A DNA stretch of 64,000 nucleotides from an uncultured Clostridia bacterium (GCA_946220865.1 CAMJYM010000003.1:28428-92427), one strand, 5' to 3'. Positions 17,928 to 28,614 are shown, counted from the first letter of the stretch. Translations and numbers: made by a program. Notes: generated by a model from the letters alone, not told the origin.

Positions 17928-18086
17928 TCCTGAAAATCCTTCTGCGCGCATTTCGCCCCTCCCTTGAAAAAGCAAGAATGCCCGTGATCGCCAACACTTT
18001 AATTGGATCTGGCTGGGTCGAAGCTCTGCTTGCGGGCGTTGCATGTTAAAATAAAGAAAAACAGAAAATACAGAAACTAGAAAAAA

Positions 18087-19463
18087 ATGAAGCGTTTTGA
18101 TGAATTTGACCTATCCCCTGAGAGCCTGCGCGCTCTCCAAGAACTCGGTATTGAGGAATGTACCAGCGTCCAGGAAAAAAGCCTTGGCCCCATGCTGGCC
18201 TGGCGCGATACGATCGTCCAGGCTCCGACAGGAACCGGAAAGACTTTTGCCTACGGTTTGCCCATTGTTGAACACTCTGTGGGTCAGGGCGATGGCCCTC
18301 TGGCCCTGATTCTCTCGCCGACCCGTGAGCTGGCCATTCAGATTGACGCAGATATCAAAAGCCTCTGTGTAGAGCGTCCGGAGGTTCGAAGTCTGGTGCT
18401 TTATGGAGGCCAGCGCCTCTCCGCTCAGAGTCGCGCGCTGCGAGACCATCCTCAGATCGTCATTGCCACTCCGGGACGCCTGATCGACCACTACAAGCGA
18501 CGCAACATTGATTTTTCAAAGCTGCGTACGCTTATCCTGGATGAAGCCGACCGCATGCTGGATATGGGCTTTATCGACGACGTCCGCTACATCATGGGAC
18601 TGCTCCCCGGAAACATTCAGATCGGGCTCTTCAGTGCGACGCTATCGCGCGAGGTTCTTGATATTTCCTGGATTTATCAGAAAGATCCCGTAGAAGTCGT
18701 CGTTGAGGCCGAAAATCAGGATAAACCTAAAATACACGAATATTATGTCATCGCCAACGGCATCGAGCGCGTCGAAGCAATTGAAGATATCCTCCGAAAA
18801 GAAGACCTGCGGCGTTCGCTTGTCTTTGTCAACATGAAACAATCCGCCGATATCTGTGCGCGTAAATTGGAGAGTAAAGGTTTGAAAGCGGGCGCCCTGC
18901 AGGGAGATATGGCTCAGGCTCAGCGCAACCGCGTCATGGAGAGCTTTCGTTCGGGTGAAATAGATATCCTCGTGGGCACGGATGTTGCCGCCCGCGGCCT
19001 CGATATTGATGACGTTGAAGTCGTTTTTAACTATGATCTTCCCCCGGAGAGTGAGAATTATATTCACCGTATCGGCCGCACCGGCCGGGCTGGCCGGGAA
19101 GGTCTGGCCTTCACCTTTGTGGCTCCGGGAAGTGAAGCGGAATTTGACCTTTTCTGCCGCCGCCTGCACATCCACCCCGAACTTTATGTCTGGGAGCGTC
19201 CGGCCAAAACATCTGAAAGGCTGAGTGCCGAGGCAGAAGCCGCGCTGGTCGAACGCATCCGCGCTCAATCCCAGTGGCTGAAAAAGCCTCACGAGGAGCG
19301 CTATGACCCCCTGGCTTCCTCCCGACAGGGCCAGAGAGGCCGCAGGGGCAGCCGCCGTGACAAAGGCTTTGGTTCACAGGGGAATTCTGAACGGAGACCG
19401 TCGGGGAAAAGGCGCAGCGGACAGGGTCGTCGCAGCGGTGAAAGCCGTCCTTCGTCAAAGTAA
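18087..19463 (+). CDS. DEAD-box ATP-dependent RNA helicase with an Arg/Ser/Gly-rich tail
   Basis: Motifs AQAPTGTGKT, DEADRMLDMGF, SAT and HRIGRTGRAG. Confidence 0.92.
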   Translation: MKRFDEFDLSPESLRALQELGIEECTSVQEKSLGPMLAWRDTIVQAPTGTGKTFAYGLPIVEHSVGQGDGPLALILSPTRELAIQIDADIKSLCVERPEVRSLVLYGGQRLSAQSRALRDHPQIVIATPGRLIDHYKRRNIDFSKLRTLILDEADRMLDMGFIDDVRYIMGLLPGNIQIGLFSATLSREVLDISWIYQKDPVEVVVEAENQDKPKIHEYYVIANGIERVEAIEDILRKEDLRRSLVFVNMKQSADICARKLESKGLKAGALQGDMAQAQRNRVMESFRSGEIDILVGTDVAARGLDIDDVEVVFNYDLPPESENYIHRIGRTGRAGREGLAFTFVAPGSEAEFDLFCRRLHIHPELYVWERPAKTSERLSAEAEAALVERIRAQSQWLKKPHEERYDPLASSRQGQRGRRGSRRDKGFGSQGNSERRPSGKRRSGQGRRSGESRPSSK

Positions 19464-19475
19464 GACGCGCGTCTT
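19462..19475. terminator. Short perfect palindrome AAGACGCGCGTCTT between the convergent helicase and murJ stops
   Basis: It is the only structured element in the 16-bp gap between the convergent stop codons. There is no clear T-run. Confidence 0.3.
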
Positions 19476-19479
19476 CAGA

Positions 19480-21177
19480 TCAGCGCACGATGCGTTCCAG
19501 TTCTTCGACCGGGGGCAGATGGAAAAAGCGGCGCAGACGGACTTGCAGCCTGACGGCCTCACGCAGTTGCAGGCTGAGTCCGGCCACATAGTAGGTAAAC
19601 ACACCCAGGCCCATTTTGCAGGCATACCAGATCAGCTGCAGCAGCTTCCTGCCCGGATAAAGGGGAATCTGCTTCAAGCCCAGCAAAACCAGGGCAGCTG
19701 CCCCGGCACAAAAGCTCAGGCGCAGCATAAAGGGCAGAATGCGTGCAGGGCGATAATCATAGCGATGCCGCTTGTAGAGCTGGTAAAGCATGAGCGCCGT
19801 GACCACACTGTAACACGCATGGGCCAGGCCGATGCCTTCCAGCCCCAGGCCCATAGGTCCGGTAAAAATCCAGGAAAAAATGGGAATCAGGATCAGGGAA
19901 AGCAGCCCTGTAAAGAGAGCAAGGCGTGTGATTTTGCGGGCGTAAAAAGCCTGATTCGTGAGAAAAACCACTGTTTGCGCCAGCATGGTCACACAGAACC
20001 AGCGCAGGGCCGAGGCTGTGAGCGCCACCTGAGCATTGCTGTAGGTATCCGTGTTCCACTGAAAGATCGCCTGTATGGTCTCGAAGTTCAGGAGACCAAA
20101 GCCCAGGGCAAAGGGCAGAACATAAAAGAGCGCACGGCGCAGACTGGAACTGTAGAGGCTGCGTACTTTACGCGCGTCCTTCTGCGCATAAAAGCCGGCG
20201 AGATTAGGCAGCATGACATTGCCGATGGAGACAGCAAAAATAGCATAAGGGAGGCTCCAGCTCGTGATGCATTGACGTATTCCGGTCACAGATCCGGGTA
20301 TATTCAGACCATTGGCAAAACGGTTCATGATGATGGCGCTGAGATGCAGAACCGAACCTGAAAGCAGCGTGGGAATTGCCAGTTGAAGAAGACGCCTGAA
20401 GCCGGGATCCTGAAAATCCGTGTTCCAGCTGAACCAGTGCCACTCGTGGCGGCAGGCCAGGAACTGATAAAGAAAATAGATCAGAGCAGATCCCACCACG
20501 CCCAGGGCCACTGAGCGCAAACCTTTTTCCGAAGGCACGCCAAAGGCCAGAAGAACGGCCATATAACAGAGGTTATAGAGCGAAGGCCCAAGAGCCATGG
20601 GGGTAAAGCGCTTGTAAGCCGAAAGTACCCCGTGGGCGAGGGCAATCAACATCATGAAAAAACTCTGAATAAAGAGAATGCGGGTGACCGGAATGGACAT
20701 GGCCGTCATCGCTTTAAGATTTTCTGAGGCATCTGGCCCTGCACTGCCGGTAATCAGGCTCATGAGCGCAGGAGCAAGGAGCTCTGCCAGAAGAAGGCAG
20801 GCCGCCATGGCCAGAATGGCCGCGCTCATAAAGATATTGACACTTTGCCAGGCTTTTCCTTCACGTCTGCGCTCGATGCCCGAAGACAGAGTGGGCGTCA
20901 GAACGGCAGCCACAACGCCGCCGATGAGCAATTCGTAGATAAAGTCAGGTATCTGAAAAGCATTGATGTAAGCGTCAGAGAAGAGACCGTAACCAAACTT
21001 GGGGACAATCAGGAGTTCTCTCACAAAACCCGTTAATTTACCGAGAATCATCCCCGCCATATATATCAGGGTTGCCCGGCCGATGGTCGCCGCATCACCG
21101 GCACGAATATTGTGCCGCTCATTTTTAGTCCTGAGGCTGGAACCCCGCCTCGGCTGATCTTCCAAAGGAAACTGCAA
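19480..21177 (-). CDS. murJ: Lipid II flippase MurJ (MviN family)
   Basis: 565-aa polytopic protein. The N-terminal signature LGKLTGFVRELLIVPKFGYGLFSDAYINAFQIPDFIYELL is typical of MurJ. The exact start is uncertain. Confidence 0.85.
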   Translation of the reverse strand: MQFPLEDQPRRGSSLRTKNERHNIRAGDAATIGRATLIYMAGMILGKLTGFVRELLIVPKFGYGLFSDAYINAFQIPDFIYELLIGGVVAAVLTPTLSSGIERRREGKAWQSVNIFMSAAILAMAACLLLAELLAPALMSLITGSAGPDASENLKAMTAMSIPVTRILFIQSFFMMLIALAHGVLSAYKRFTPMALGPSLYNLCYMAVLLAFGVPSEKGLRSVALGVVGSALIYFLYQFLACRHEWHWFSWNTDFQDPGFRRLLQLAIPTLLSGSVLHLSAIIMNRFANGLNIPGSVTGIRQCITSWSLPYAIFAVSIGNVMLPNLAGFYAQKDARKVRSLYSSSLRRALFYVLPFALGFGLLNFETIQAIFQWNTDTYSNAQVALTASALRWFCVTMLAQTVVFLTNQAFYARKITRLALFTGLLSLILIPIFSWIFTGPMGLGLEGIGLAHACYSVVTALMLYQLYKRHRYDYRPARILPFMLRLSFCAGAAALVLLGLKQIPLYPGRKLLQLIWYACKMGLGVFTYYVAGLSLQLREAVRLQVRLRRFFHLPPVEELERIVR

Positions 21178-21239
21178 GATCTCTTCCCCCGCCTGTCTTT
21201 TCCGTTATTTTAGCACGAGATACCGTCAGACGTCTGCGT

Positions 21240-22829
21240 TTATTCCACTTCCAGAAAATCAAAAAAGCGAGTCAGGGCAAGCTGATCCGCCGCACCTCCG
21301 GGAGACAGACCCTTACGGCAAAGTTCCTGATTCCAGAGGCAGCAGGCCTCGGATCGCTCTTTTCGTGGCAAATTTAAAATTTCTGCGGCCCTCTTCTGCA
21401 TTTGGCAAAGCTCGTTCTGCGCACGTGCATGCTGACGTAAAGCAGCTCGACGCAGAATATTGCTGTCCTCAATGCGACTCATCAAATAGAGCAGGGCGGC
21501 AAGGGAGCTCTCATCTTCATCGCCCCCTTCGGCGCGCTCACGGCGAAGTATCGTGAGGGCGGATAAAGATTCACGATAGCCGCTCAGCACCGCTGCCCTC
21601 GCTCCCCTCTTTCGACTTTCTTCACTATCTCCCCGCCAGTCGAGAAAGGCGGTGGCCAATGCAGAGGCCCCGGTGGCAAGCTCTGTCGCCGTCGGGAAAA
21701 GAGCTTGTGTCACGTCTTGATGTAGCTCTTCTGACTCTCTTTGTTCAAACGCTCTGTCCAGAGCCTCCACTCGCTCCCTGAGCCTCTGACCAGCTGCAAA
21801 CAGCAAAAAGCCCAGGCTGAAGATCAAGCCCTGCTGCGTATTGACCTCGCCGCTGGCTCTGAACATGCTCCGTTCGGCTTGCTGTCCCAGTACTGCAAGG
21901 GTTTTGAAGGTTCCTATCTTGTCTGAATTATCCCTGTTTACGGAGCTGGCCATTCCGGCTTCTATAAACTTCCTCAGAGAAGGTCCGAGGGCGAGGGAGG
22001 AATCCACAAAACTGTAGATATCCATATCGGTATGCGCCCCCTGATCCAGTCGATCCACAAGGCCCGCTTTGGGTGTCGCGAGGGCTTCGTAAAACAGCGA
22101 TTTTTCGGCAGCCAGCCAGAGCGCATCTGCCGCTTCACTTAGCAAAGCCTCTTTCATCAGACGGCGGCTTTCACGTTCCAGCTCCTGCCAGCTATGAGCA
22201 CGCGAACGGGCACAAAAGCTAACTTTACGGCCGCAGATCAGGCAGGGCCTCTCGGCCCATCCCAGCGTTGAACGGCTGAGCTTCTGGCCAGTCTCAGGAA
22301 CATAAACATCGAGGTCCCAGAGGAGGCCTGCGGGCAGCCCATCTTCCAGTTCCAGGCAGAACGCTTTACAGCTCTGCGCATCCGTGGGGACCTCCAGCAG
22401 CGCCCAGGCTCCCGCTCTTCCCGCTCGGATCAGTGGTTCTTTCAGCTTACCGAAGCGGCGACTCAGCTCATCTACGAGCAAGGTCAGAGCCGCAGCGAAG
22501 AAAAAATCGGCAAGTGGACCTCTTTTATGGGGTCCGGCAAGATTAAGTGAAAAACTGAGCAGCGAATAGTGTGCTGCTCGGGCAGAATTGGAAGAACCTG
22601 AAATGGCACTGCTCAGAGAATCTCCCCTGCACAGCTGCTCTCGCCACGCTTCTCGTTGAGCCGCCTCCGTCTCTCGCTCGCTGAGGCTTTGCCTGAGCTG
22701 ATTTCGCAGCGCTTCCCGTTGAGCCACCCGGGTTTCGCGCTCTCTGAGGACATCGTCCAGCGAGGCTGCCTCAATACAGGCATCCAGCTGAAAACGGGGG
22801 TGGAGAAAAGAGGAGTGAAAATGCGGCAT
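21240..22829 (-). CDS. citXG: Fused CitX-CitG: holo-ACP synthase plus triphosphoribosyl-dephospho-CoA synthase
   Basis: The N-terminal ~190 aa are CitX-like (LSFSLNLAGPHKRG, LWDLDVYV). The C-terminal part is CitG-like (EALATPKAGLVDRLDQGAHTDMDIYSF). No obvious Shine-Dalgarno at the annotated ATG. Confidence 0.75.
   Translation of the reverse strand: MPHFHSSFLHPRFQLDACIEAASLDDVLRERETRVAQREALRNQLRQSLSERETEAAQREAWREQLCRGDSLSSAISGSSNSARAAHYSLLSFSLNLAGPHKRGPLADFFFAAALTLLVDELSRRFGKLKEPLIRAGRAGAWALLEVPTDAQSCKAFCLELEDGLPAGLLWDLDVYVPETGQKLSRSTLGWAERPCLICGRKVSFCARSRAHSWQELERESRRLMKEALLSEAADALWLAAEKSLFYEALATPKAGLVDRLDQGAHTDMDIYSFVDSSLALGPSLRKFIEAGMASSVNRDNSDKIGTFKTLAVLGQQAERSMFRASGEVNTQQGLIFSLGFLLFAAGQRLRERVEALDRAFEQRESEELHQDVTQALFPTATELATGASALATAFLDWRGDSEESRKRGARAAVLSGYRESLSALTILRRERAEGGDEDESSLAALLYLMSRIEDSNILRRAALRQHARAQNELCQMQKRAAEILNLPRKERSEACCLWNQELCRKGLSPGGAADQLALTRFFDFLEVE
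22634..22759 (-). repeat. In-frame 63-bp tandem duplication near the 5' end of citXG
   Basis: Units at 22634-22696 and 22697-22759 encode ERETEAAQREAWREQL and ERETRVAQREALRNQL. Roughly three quarters of the bases match, by eye. Confidence 0.8.
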
Positions 22830-22847
22830 AAATTTCGACCGCTGTTA

Positions 22848-23768
22848 TCAGAGCAGGAGTGTATTCAGATCGGCAAGGTCCTGCGTGTCTACCGCAATAA
22901 TGCCGACCAGAAGATAGCGGCCACTGATGTTCTCGCGCAAAAAGCTATGGTGCAGACGGAAATGCAGGATTTCACCTGTGCTTTTGACATGCATACGCGG
23001 ACCTGTGCAATAATGGCGTATTTCCCCGATAAGGATATGCGTATCATCCAGGTAGTTGATGGGAATATCCTTCTCAATCAGCGACTTGACTTCGGCCTCC
23101 AGTCCGGCAATATCAAAATCCGGTTCTTCCGCAAAGCTCAGAACAAAGCCGTGGCGTACATCATCGTGACTATACTGGAAAATATTGCGCCGACCCAGAC
23201 AATATTCCACCAGGTCTTCTGCGCTATGGGCCATGCGCCTGAATTTAAGCGAAGAAAAGACGATGTCCGTCACATCTTTAGGTTCCGGCCCGAAAAGGCT
23301 GGGGCGAGTCACGATAATTTCCTCACCTACGCCGATTAAAAGATCTGCATTGCGCTTGAGCACAGGATAAACCAGATCAAAATGTTCGACGATGACTCTT
23401 TTCCCTCGTTTCAGAGCTTCCTCAATGGCTGTCGCCAAAACGTGGAGCTGGGTAAAGCCCATTTCGAAACGCACATCCAGATGATAGGTGTGCGGCTCAA
23501 AGAAGCCGCTGCTCTCGAGATCCAGAAGCGGCAGGGGGCGTATATTGACCCCTTCATCATCATTGGTCAGCTCCAGACCGGGAAACATGCCCTTGATGAG
23601 GATGCTTTTACCGGATCCGGCTTCACCCACAACACCAATCAATTGATCGAAGGGGGAAAGGTACATCTGGGCGATCTGCGCCCCGGTATCGGCAATACGC
23701 ATCCGCCCACGCGGGGCCAGCAACACACTGTAGAGCTGGTTTTTCTGCATTCTTGCGGAATAGGACAT
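22848..23768 (-). CDS. P-loop NTPase fused to a His/Cys-motif C-terminal domain, function unknown
   Basis: 306 aa with a strong AAGGAGGAG Shine-Dalgarno. Walker A is GEAGSGKS (res 48-55) and a candidate Walker B is RVIVEHFD. C-terminal motifs MAHSAEDLV and YCTGPRMHVKSTGEI. Confidence 0.8.
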   Translation of the reverse strand: MSYSARMQKNQLYSVLLAPRGRMRIADTGAQIAQMYLSPFDQLIGVVGEAGSGKSILIKGMFPGLELTNDDEGVNIRPLPLLDLESSGFFEPHTYHLDVRFEMGFTQLHVLATAIEEALKRGKRVIVEHFDLVYPVLKRNADLLIGVGEEIIVTRPSLFGPEPKDVTDIVFSSLKFRRMAHSAEDLVEYCLGRRNIFQYSHDDVRHGFVLSFAEEPDFDIAGLEAEVKSLIEKDIPINYLDDTHILIGEIRHYCTGPRMHVKSTGEILHFRLHHSFLRENISGRYLLVGIIAVDTQDLADLNTLLL

Positions 23769-24007
23769 TTTCTCCTCCTTAGTGGGCCAGTCCAGACGGC
23801 CAGGCCTGTCACGGCAGGACTTCTGCCGCAGCGAGTCCTCTGTGGCCGCTGCTCATGCCATCATAGCCATAAGCCTGGCGGAAATAGCGCTCATATCTCA
23901 GATATAGATATCAGGCTGCCTGCTTCGACGGAAACAGACAGCCTGAATGAACCTTTTCCGTTTATACGGAGGCTCTGCTCTTTTCCTTTTGACAAGCTGC
24001 TTTCAGC

Positions 24008-25249
24008 TTACTTGGCCGCGAGGCGGGCGAGCACGCGCTGCATCTCGTTGTTTACGATCATATAACCTTCATCGACCCCCATACCCGGTTTGGCGAGAAT
24101 CTGATCGGGCTGTGTGGCCAGCGCAATGTCCGTGCAGACCTGCGCCGAGCGGTCGGTTTCGTTACAGGTTCCGCCCTGATAGGCGCCAATGCCGACCTTT
24201 TTGCAGTAGAGCACGGCCTCGATGGTATTGTTGACGCCGCCGAGATCCGGGGTCTTGATCTGAATCATATGACCAGCTTTTTCATCTGCGAAAAGTTTAA
24301 TATCTTCCCAGGTATTGCACCATTCATCGGCCACGATTTCCACGTGAATCTGACGCGCATCCAGTTCTTTGCGCAGTCCGGCCAGACAGCGAATCTGAGC
24401 TTCCCTGCCGCCCGCATCCATGGGACCTTCAATGCGCAGGTGGAAGGGTTTGGCCGCTTCTTCCAGGGTGGCCATATAGTCGGCCATGGCGGTGTAGTTA
24501 TCGTCACCGAAAACCATGCCGATGGTGCCGTAGCAGTCAATGTGCAGCACCGGCTGATAGTTTTCGTCACGGCGCATCTCGCGGATGCGATGAGAGAGCC
24601 ATTTGACATAATCGAGAAGGATTTCACCCTTGTGCCCGAGTTTTTCTTCGACGTTATTGATCAGAGCGTGGGGCAGTACCTGAGCCTCTTTAATGATCAT
24701 TTTTTCCGTATTCTCATAACGGTTGTCGCCGGACTGGGTAAAGATAGGAATGGGCTTCTTTGAAATGCTGCAGTTGTATTCACGGGCCACGGTTTCCGTA
24801 ATCAGCTCTTTATGGGCTTTTGCAACAGCATCAAGCAGCGCCTGAGACACACCGTAACGGATGGCTGTATGCAGGGCTTTGCCATTGACGCGGATGGCTT
24901 CAAGCTCAGCGGCCAGTTCTTTGAAAGAATGCAGCTCTTTGCCGATAAAATGAGGTATCACCTCAGATTCGATCAGGGGAATATAATCGGCGGCGAGGAA
25001 AAGCGGGTCGCGTCCGCCGGCTCCGGAGTATTGGACGGCGGCGCAATCGCCGAAAGCCCATTCTCCATCCTCGAGTTGAATCTGCACGGAGATGCTTTCA
25101 CCGGCCTGACGGATCGATGTAAAACCGGGAGTCACGGCTTCTCCTACATAATTAAAGCCATCGTGTCCTGCGCCCTGTTTGATGGCCTTCTGGTCATCAA
25201 AGTAAAAGCCGGTTTTGCCTGCAGAGTAGATCATTTTCTGAATTTTCAT
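24008..25249 (-). CDS. mal: Methylaspartate ammonia-lyase (beta-methylaspartase)
   Basis: 413 aa. The N-terminus MKIQKMIYSAGKTGFYFDDQKAIKQGAGHDGFNY and the enolase-superfamily body match clostridial MAL. Adjacent to glutamate mutase genes. Confidence 0.9.
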   Translation of the reverse strand: MKIQKMIYSAGKTGFYFDDQKAIKQGAGHDGFNYVGEAVTPGFTSIRQAGESISVQIQLEDGEWAFGDCAAVQYSGAGGRDPLFLAADYIPLIESEVIPHFIGKELHSFKELAAELEAIRVNGKALHTAIRYGVSQALLDAVAKAHKELITETVAREYNCSISKKPIPIFTQSGDNRYENTEKMIIKEAQVLPHALINNVEEKLGHKGEILLDYVKWLSHRIREMRRDENYQPVLHIDCYGTIGMVFGDDNYTAMADYMATLEEAAKPFHLRIEGPMDAGGREAQIRCLAGLRKELDARQIHVEIVADEWCNTWEDIKLFADEKAGHMIQIKTPDLGGVNNTIEAVLYCKKVGIGAYQGGTCNETDRSAQVCTDIALATQPDQILAKPGMGVDEGYMIVNNEMQRVLARLAAK

Positions 25250-25296
25250 AAGATTCCTTTCCTGGCGCCTTCCGCGCCACTGATATTTTTATCTCT

Positions 25297-26754
25297 TTAA
25301 TGTTTGGGACGACCCACCAGACGGCCTTTACTGATCGCATAAACGTCGTCGATCACCATCTGGAAGGAAGCCTTACGTTTTTCAAATCTGGCCCGTTCTT
25401 CAATTTTTTTCCTGTGGAAGTCCTTCAGTTCCTGAGTAAAGGGCACTGCACCCATGGCAAAGACGCGCACCGCCCCGTCATTATCGCGGGCGGGCAGCAT
25501 TTTGCCGGCATTGTAGCGGCTGGGCGCAAAGGGAATATCGATGACACCAGCCTGAATGCCGCGAATAGCGCCCTGGGCAATATCGCCATCCCCGAGTTCG
25601 ATACACTTGTCCAGGACACAGCGCGTCTCTTCTTCAATGATACGCTTTTCTTCCATAAGGCTGTGGGGATCGAGGAACTGATCGCCCACCATGTTAATGA
25701 CCTGCTTCGTGCAGCGCAGTCCCTCAGCATTGGCCTCTTTGGTCGGAACACCTACAGCTTCGTGCGGGGTTTTGACAATGACCTTGGTGGCGTGCGAAAG
25801 CGCCGCCACAACCGAGCCCCAGGAAATGACAGCGAAGGCCTTGGCTTCATCCTGTGGGAAGCCACCCATCCACTGGTGCAGAACGGTCGTCACATAGACA
25901 TCATTGTAACCGAAGCGCCGCAGGTATTCCTCTGTAAGTGTCTGCAGCGTGTTGAGGGCAGCCACATCCTGAATCAGGTTGCCACACTGACCATAGCCTA
26001 CCGTGATGTTTTTAACCCCCTGCTCAGCCGCAAGCAACGCTTCGATGATGGCAACGGCATGCGAGACAAAGGGCGGGACAAGCGTCCCGGTCAGCGGTCC
26101 GTAAGGTTCACGATTGATGATCGCCCCTGCTTCTCCATAAATGCCGGTGAGGCGGTCAACATACTGCCAGTCATAAATGGTTTTCTCCAGTGATACATTT
26201 TTAGCGTAGGGAATATTGTAGGAAATACCGCCCCCCTCATAGCTGGTAAAGCCGCCGGCAAAGGCGATTTCCGTCAGCAAACGGGCGTCCGGTGTACCGT
26301 GGCGCACCTGGATCGGCACATCGACGGAAGAGGTCACCTGGCGGCAACCGGTCACCCCATGATTAACCGCCGGAAAACCGTTCAGCATGGACTTGCCGGT
26401 TTTAATGGATTCCTGGATGCCCACTTCGGCTTCCTGGAAGCGCTTCTGACGGGTATAGCTGTCGATGGTCGTCGGCAGCAGATCAGCTTCACCCTCATCC
26501 TGCAGGAAACGCAGGAGTTCTATGTGCTTATCAATCAGCGCAACGCCGGCACGGGGCTGAATCAGTGTATGTCCGCTCTCCTTGGCCAGGCGCAGCTTGC
26601 TGCTGAAGTTTTTCTCCGCCGGGATCGTTTTCTGATAGTCTACGCCGTCCTCAAGCCGGGCGACGTCCTTTCCTGTCTCCCAATGCTGCAGAACTTCATT
26701 TCTGAGACGGTAGAACTCGTCATCACTCAGGCGTTTGTTGCGAACTTCACTCAT
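25297..26754 (-). CDS. glmE: Glutamate (methylaspartate) mutase epsilon subunit
   Basis: 485 aa, the canonical GlmE/MutE length. Placed between glmL and mal in the typical order. Confidence 0.88.
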   Translation of the reverse strand: MSEVRNKRLSDDEFYRLRNEVLQHWETGKDVARLEDGVDYQKTIPAEKNFSSKLRLAKESGHTLIQPRAGVALIDKHIELLRFLQDEGEADLLPTTIDSYTRQKRFQEAEVGIQESIKTGKSMLNGFPAVNHGVTGCRQVTSSVDVPIQVRHGTPDARLLTEIAFAGGFTSYEGGGISYNIPYAKNVSLEKTIYDWQYVDRLTGIYGEAGAIINREPYGPLTGTLVPPFVSHAVAIIEALLAAEQGVKNITVGYGQCGNLIQDVAALNTLQTLTEEYLRRFGYNDVYVTTVLHQWMGGFPQDEAKAFAVISWGSVVAALSHATKVIVKTPHEAVGVPTKEANAEGLRCTKQVINMVGDQFLDPHSLMEEKRIIEEETRCVLDKCIELGDGDIAQGAIRGIQAGVIDIPFAPSRYNAGKMLPARDNDGAVRVFAMGAVPFTQELKDFHRKKIEERARFEKRKASFQMVIDDVYAISKGRLVGRPKH

Positions 26755-28129
26755 GACTTAACTCCTTTTTCATGATTTTCAGGGCCAGTTCCGGCCGGCT
26801 CTGCGCCAGCACTCCCATGGCCGATAAAATATATTGGCGATCCACCAGAATATGGAAGCGTTCCGGTCTCAGCGAAGTGGGCAGGCTGGGCGTCCACTGG
26901 GCGTGGCGCACGATCTCAGCCGTATGCGGGCTGCGCACGAGAGCTCCCCCGGTAACAACCATCTGTTCAACACCCCGCAGATCTTTGCCGTACTGTGCAT
27001 AAGTCAGACCAACCGGGGTATAGACCTGTTCAACTCTGCCGCAGTGTCGGGTCACCGCAATCTCCACCGCCCAGGAGGCGAGGGCATCATCAAGGCGCTG
27101 CAGCTTATCATTATCCGGCAATTTATCCTTATGTTTCATGAGCTCCGCACTCAGCGAGAGCACTTCGTCTTCGGACAGTCCGGCACGCTCTGCCACTTTG
27201 TCACAGCCCGCCGCTTCGAGAATACCACCGAGGCTGTAGCGCATGCCGATATCCCCCTCTACGGTTCTCTTTTCACGAGGTTCCGGCAGTCCTTTGAGGA
27301 CGGTGGTCATATCGCGCGGCGCTCCATCGGAAATGGAATAAACGTCCGTGGTCGCTCCTCCTGGATCGACGGCAATGAGATCGCCAATGCCCGCCTCCCC
27401 GGCCGTTCCCTGAGACAGCAGCTTGACTGCCGCCAGCACAGCCGCCGGAGTAGGCATCACAATATCGGAAATCATGCTGCTAACTGAACTGAGACCCTTG
27501 GCCTTGACAATCTCCCGGAGAAAAATCTCCCGGATCAGATCCTGCACGGGTTTAATATTCAATTCGTCCAGCCGTGGCATGACATTGGGGCAGAGAGTAA
27601 ATTCTTTTCCGGCAGCGCTCAGGATCTTCTTGATTTTCCTTCCGGCAGAACGATTGCCGGCTACAAGGATCGGAGCCGTCATCGAGCTTTCAGCAAGGAC
27701 CTCGGCATTTTCAAGGATACAGGCGCTGTTACCCCCGTCTGTCCCTCCGGTCAGCAGAAAAATATCCGGTTTCAGGGCTTCCAGCTCTTCCCTGTCCTCG
27801 TCGGTCATCTCATGGTCGAAAACGCGAATGACTTTAGCCCCTGCTCCCAGAGCCGCCGTGCGCGCCGCTTCGGCTGTAAGCTCGGGCACCAGACCGGAAA
27901 CCGCCATACGCAGGCCTCCAGCTGCACTGGAACAGGCTTTAATCTCTGCAATCTCAAGCTCGTTGACCTGAGCTTTCAGCCGTTCCAAAGCAAGCTTAAA
28001 GCCGTCGTTAATGTCGCTTTCCACCGTCGTGAAAGCTGAGGCGGTACCGATCAGCTCTTCCTTTTCCGGATCGACTGCCGTGACTTTGGTAAAGGTGCTG
28101 CCAAAATCGCAGAGCAGAATAGCCTTCAT
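26747..28129 (-). CDS. glmL: Glutamate mutase accessory/reactivating protein GlmL (MutL)
   Basis: 460 aa with an ASKHA-like N-terminus [19 protein letters not shown]. Lies between glmS and glmE with overlapping stop and start codons. Confidence 0.8.
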   Translation of the reverse strand: MKAILLCDFGSTFTKVTAVDPEKEELIGTASAFTTVESDINDGFKLALERLKAQVNELEIAEIKACSSAAGGLRMAVSGLVPELTAEAARTAALGAGAKVIRVFDHEMTDEDREELEALKPDIFLLTGGTDGGNSACILENAEVLAESSMTAPILVAGNRSAGRKIKKILSAAGKEFTLCPNVMPRLDELNIKPVQDLIREIFLREIVKAKGLSSVSSMISDIVMPTPAAVLAAVKLLSQGTAGEAGIGDLIAVDPGGATTDVYSISDGAPRDMTTVLKGLPEPREKRTVEGDIGMRYSLGGILEAAGCDKVAERAGLSEDEVLSLSAELMKHKDKLPDNDKLQRLDDALASWAVEIAVTRHCGRVEQVYTPVGLTYAQYGKDLRGVEQMVVTGGALVRSPHTAEIVRHAQWTPSLPTSLRPERFHILVDRQYILSAMGVLAQSRPELALKIMKKELSHE

Positions 28130-28614
28130 CAGAGCTTTTCCTCCATCATGGCTTCAAGATCTTCTTCGCTCATGCTGCCCTCATCCGGGCCGTCATCCTG
28201 AACACCGAGATCCAGTTTAAGACAGCGAATGGTTTCTTCGGGTGGAGTGCTCGGCGGGAAAACCCGGTTAAAGCCCATGGCATGGAAGCGGGCTTCAACA
28301 TCCTTAAAATCCTGTTTGCCTACAACAATGTTCCCGCCACAATAGAGCAGGATATCTCCCAGGCCGGCCTCATCGCATTTTTCCCGGAGACCGCGGCAGT
28401 CCAGTTCTCCGTGGCCATAGAGTGAGGAAATGACAATCGCATCGGCGGCCGTTTCGACCGCTGCTGCAATGTATTCCTCCTGCGAAACCATGACGCCGAG
28501 ATTCGTGACATCAAAGCCAGCTTCCCGGAAGGCGAAATCCAGAATGCGGATACCCACAGCGTGGACATCCGCTCCGATGACCCCTATCACCAGTTTTTTT
28601 CCATTGTGTTTCAT
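28129..28614 (-). CDS. glmS: Glutamate (methylaspartate) mutase sigma subunit, B12-binding, with an acidic C-terminal extension
   Basis: DxHxxG cobalamin-binding motif (GADVHAVG). Collinear with clostridial MutS up to about residue 137, then has an extra [22 protein letters not shown] tail. Confidence 0.88.
   Translation of the reverse strand: MKHNGKKLVIGVIGADVHAVGIRILDFAFREAGFDVTNLGVMVSQEEYIAAAVETAADAIVISSLYGHGELDCRGLREKCDEAGLGDILLYCGGNIVVGKQDFKDVEARFHAMGFNRVFPPSTPPEETIRCLKLDLGVQDDGPDEGSMSEEDLEAMMEEKL

Noticed and set aside
19303-20361. Long plus-strand ORF (352 aa) antisense to murJ. Similar long antisense ORFs occur at 25300-26193, 48458-49438, 53561-54640, 57764-58708 and 6-656.
   Set aside because: - Each lies entirely opposite a gene with clear family motifs.
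- The translations are Arg/Gly/Gln-rich and low in complexity, with no recognisable motifs and no Shine-Dalgarno.
- This is typical shadow-frame behaviour in moderately GC-rich DNA.
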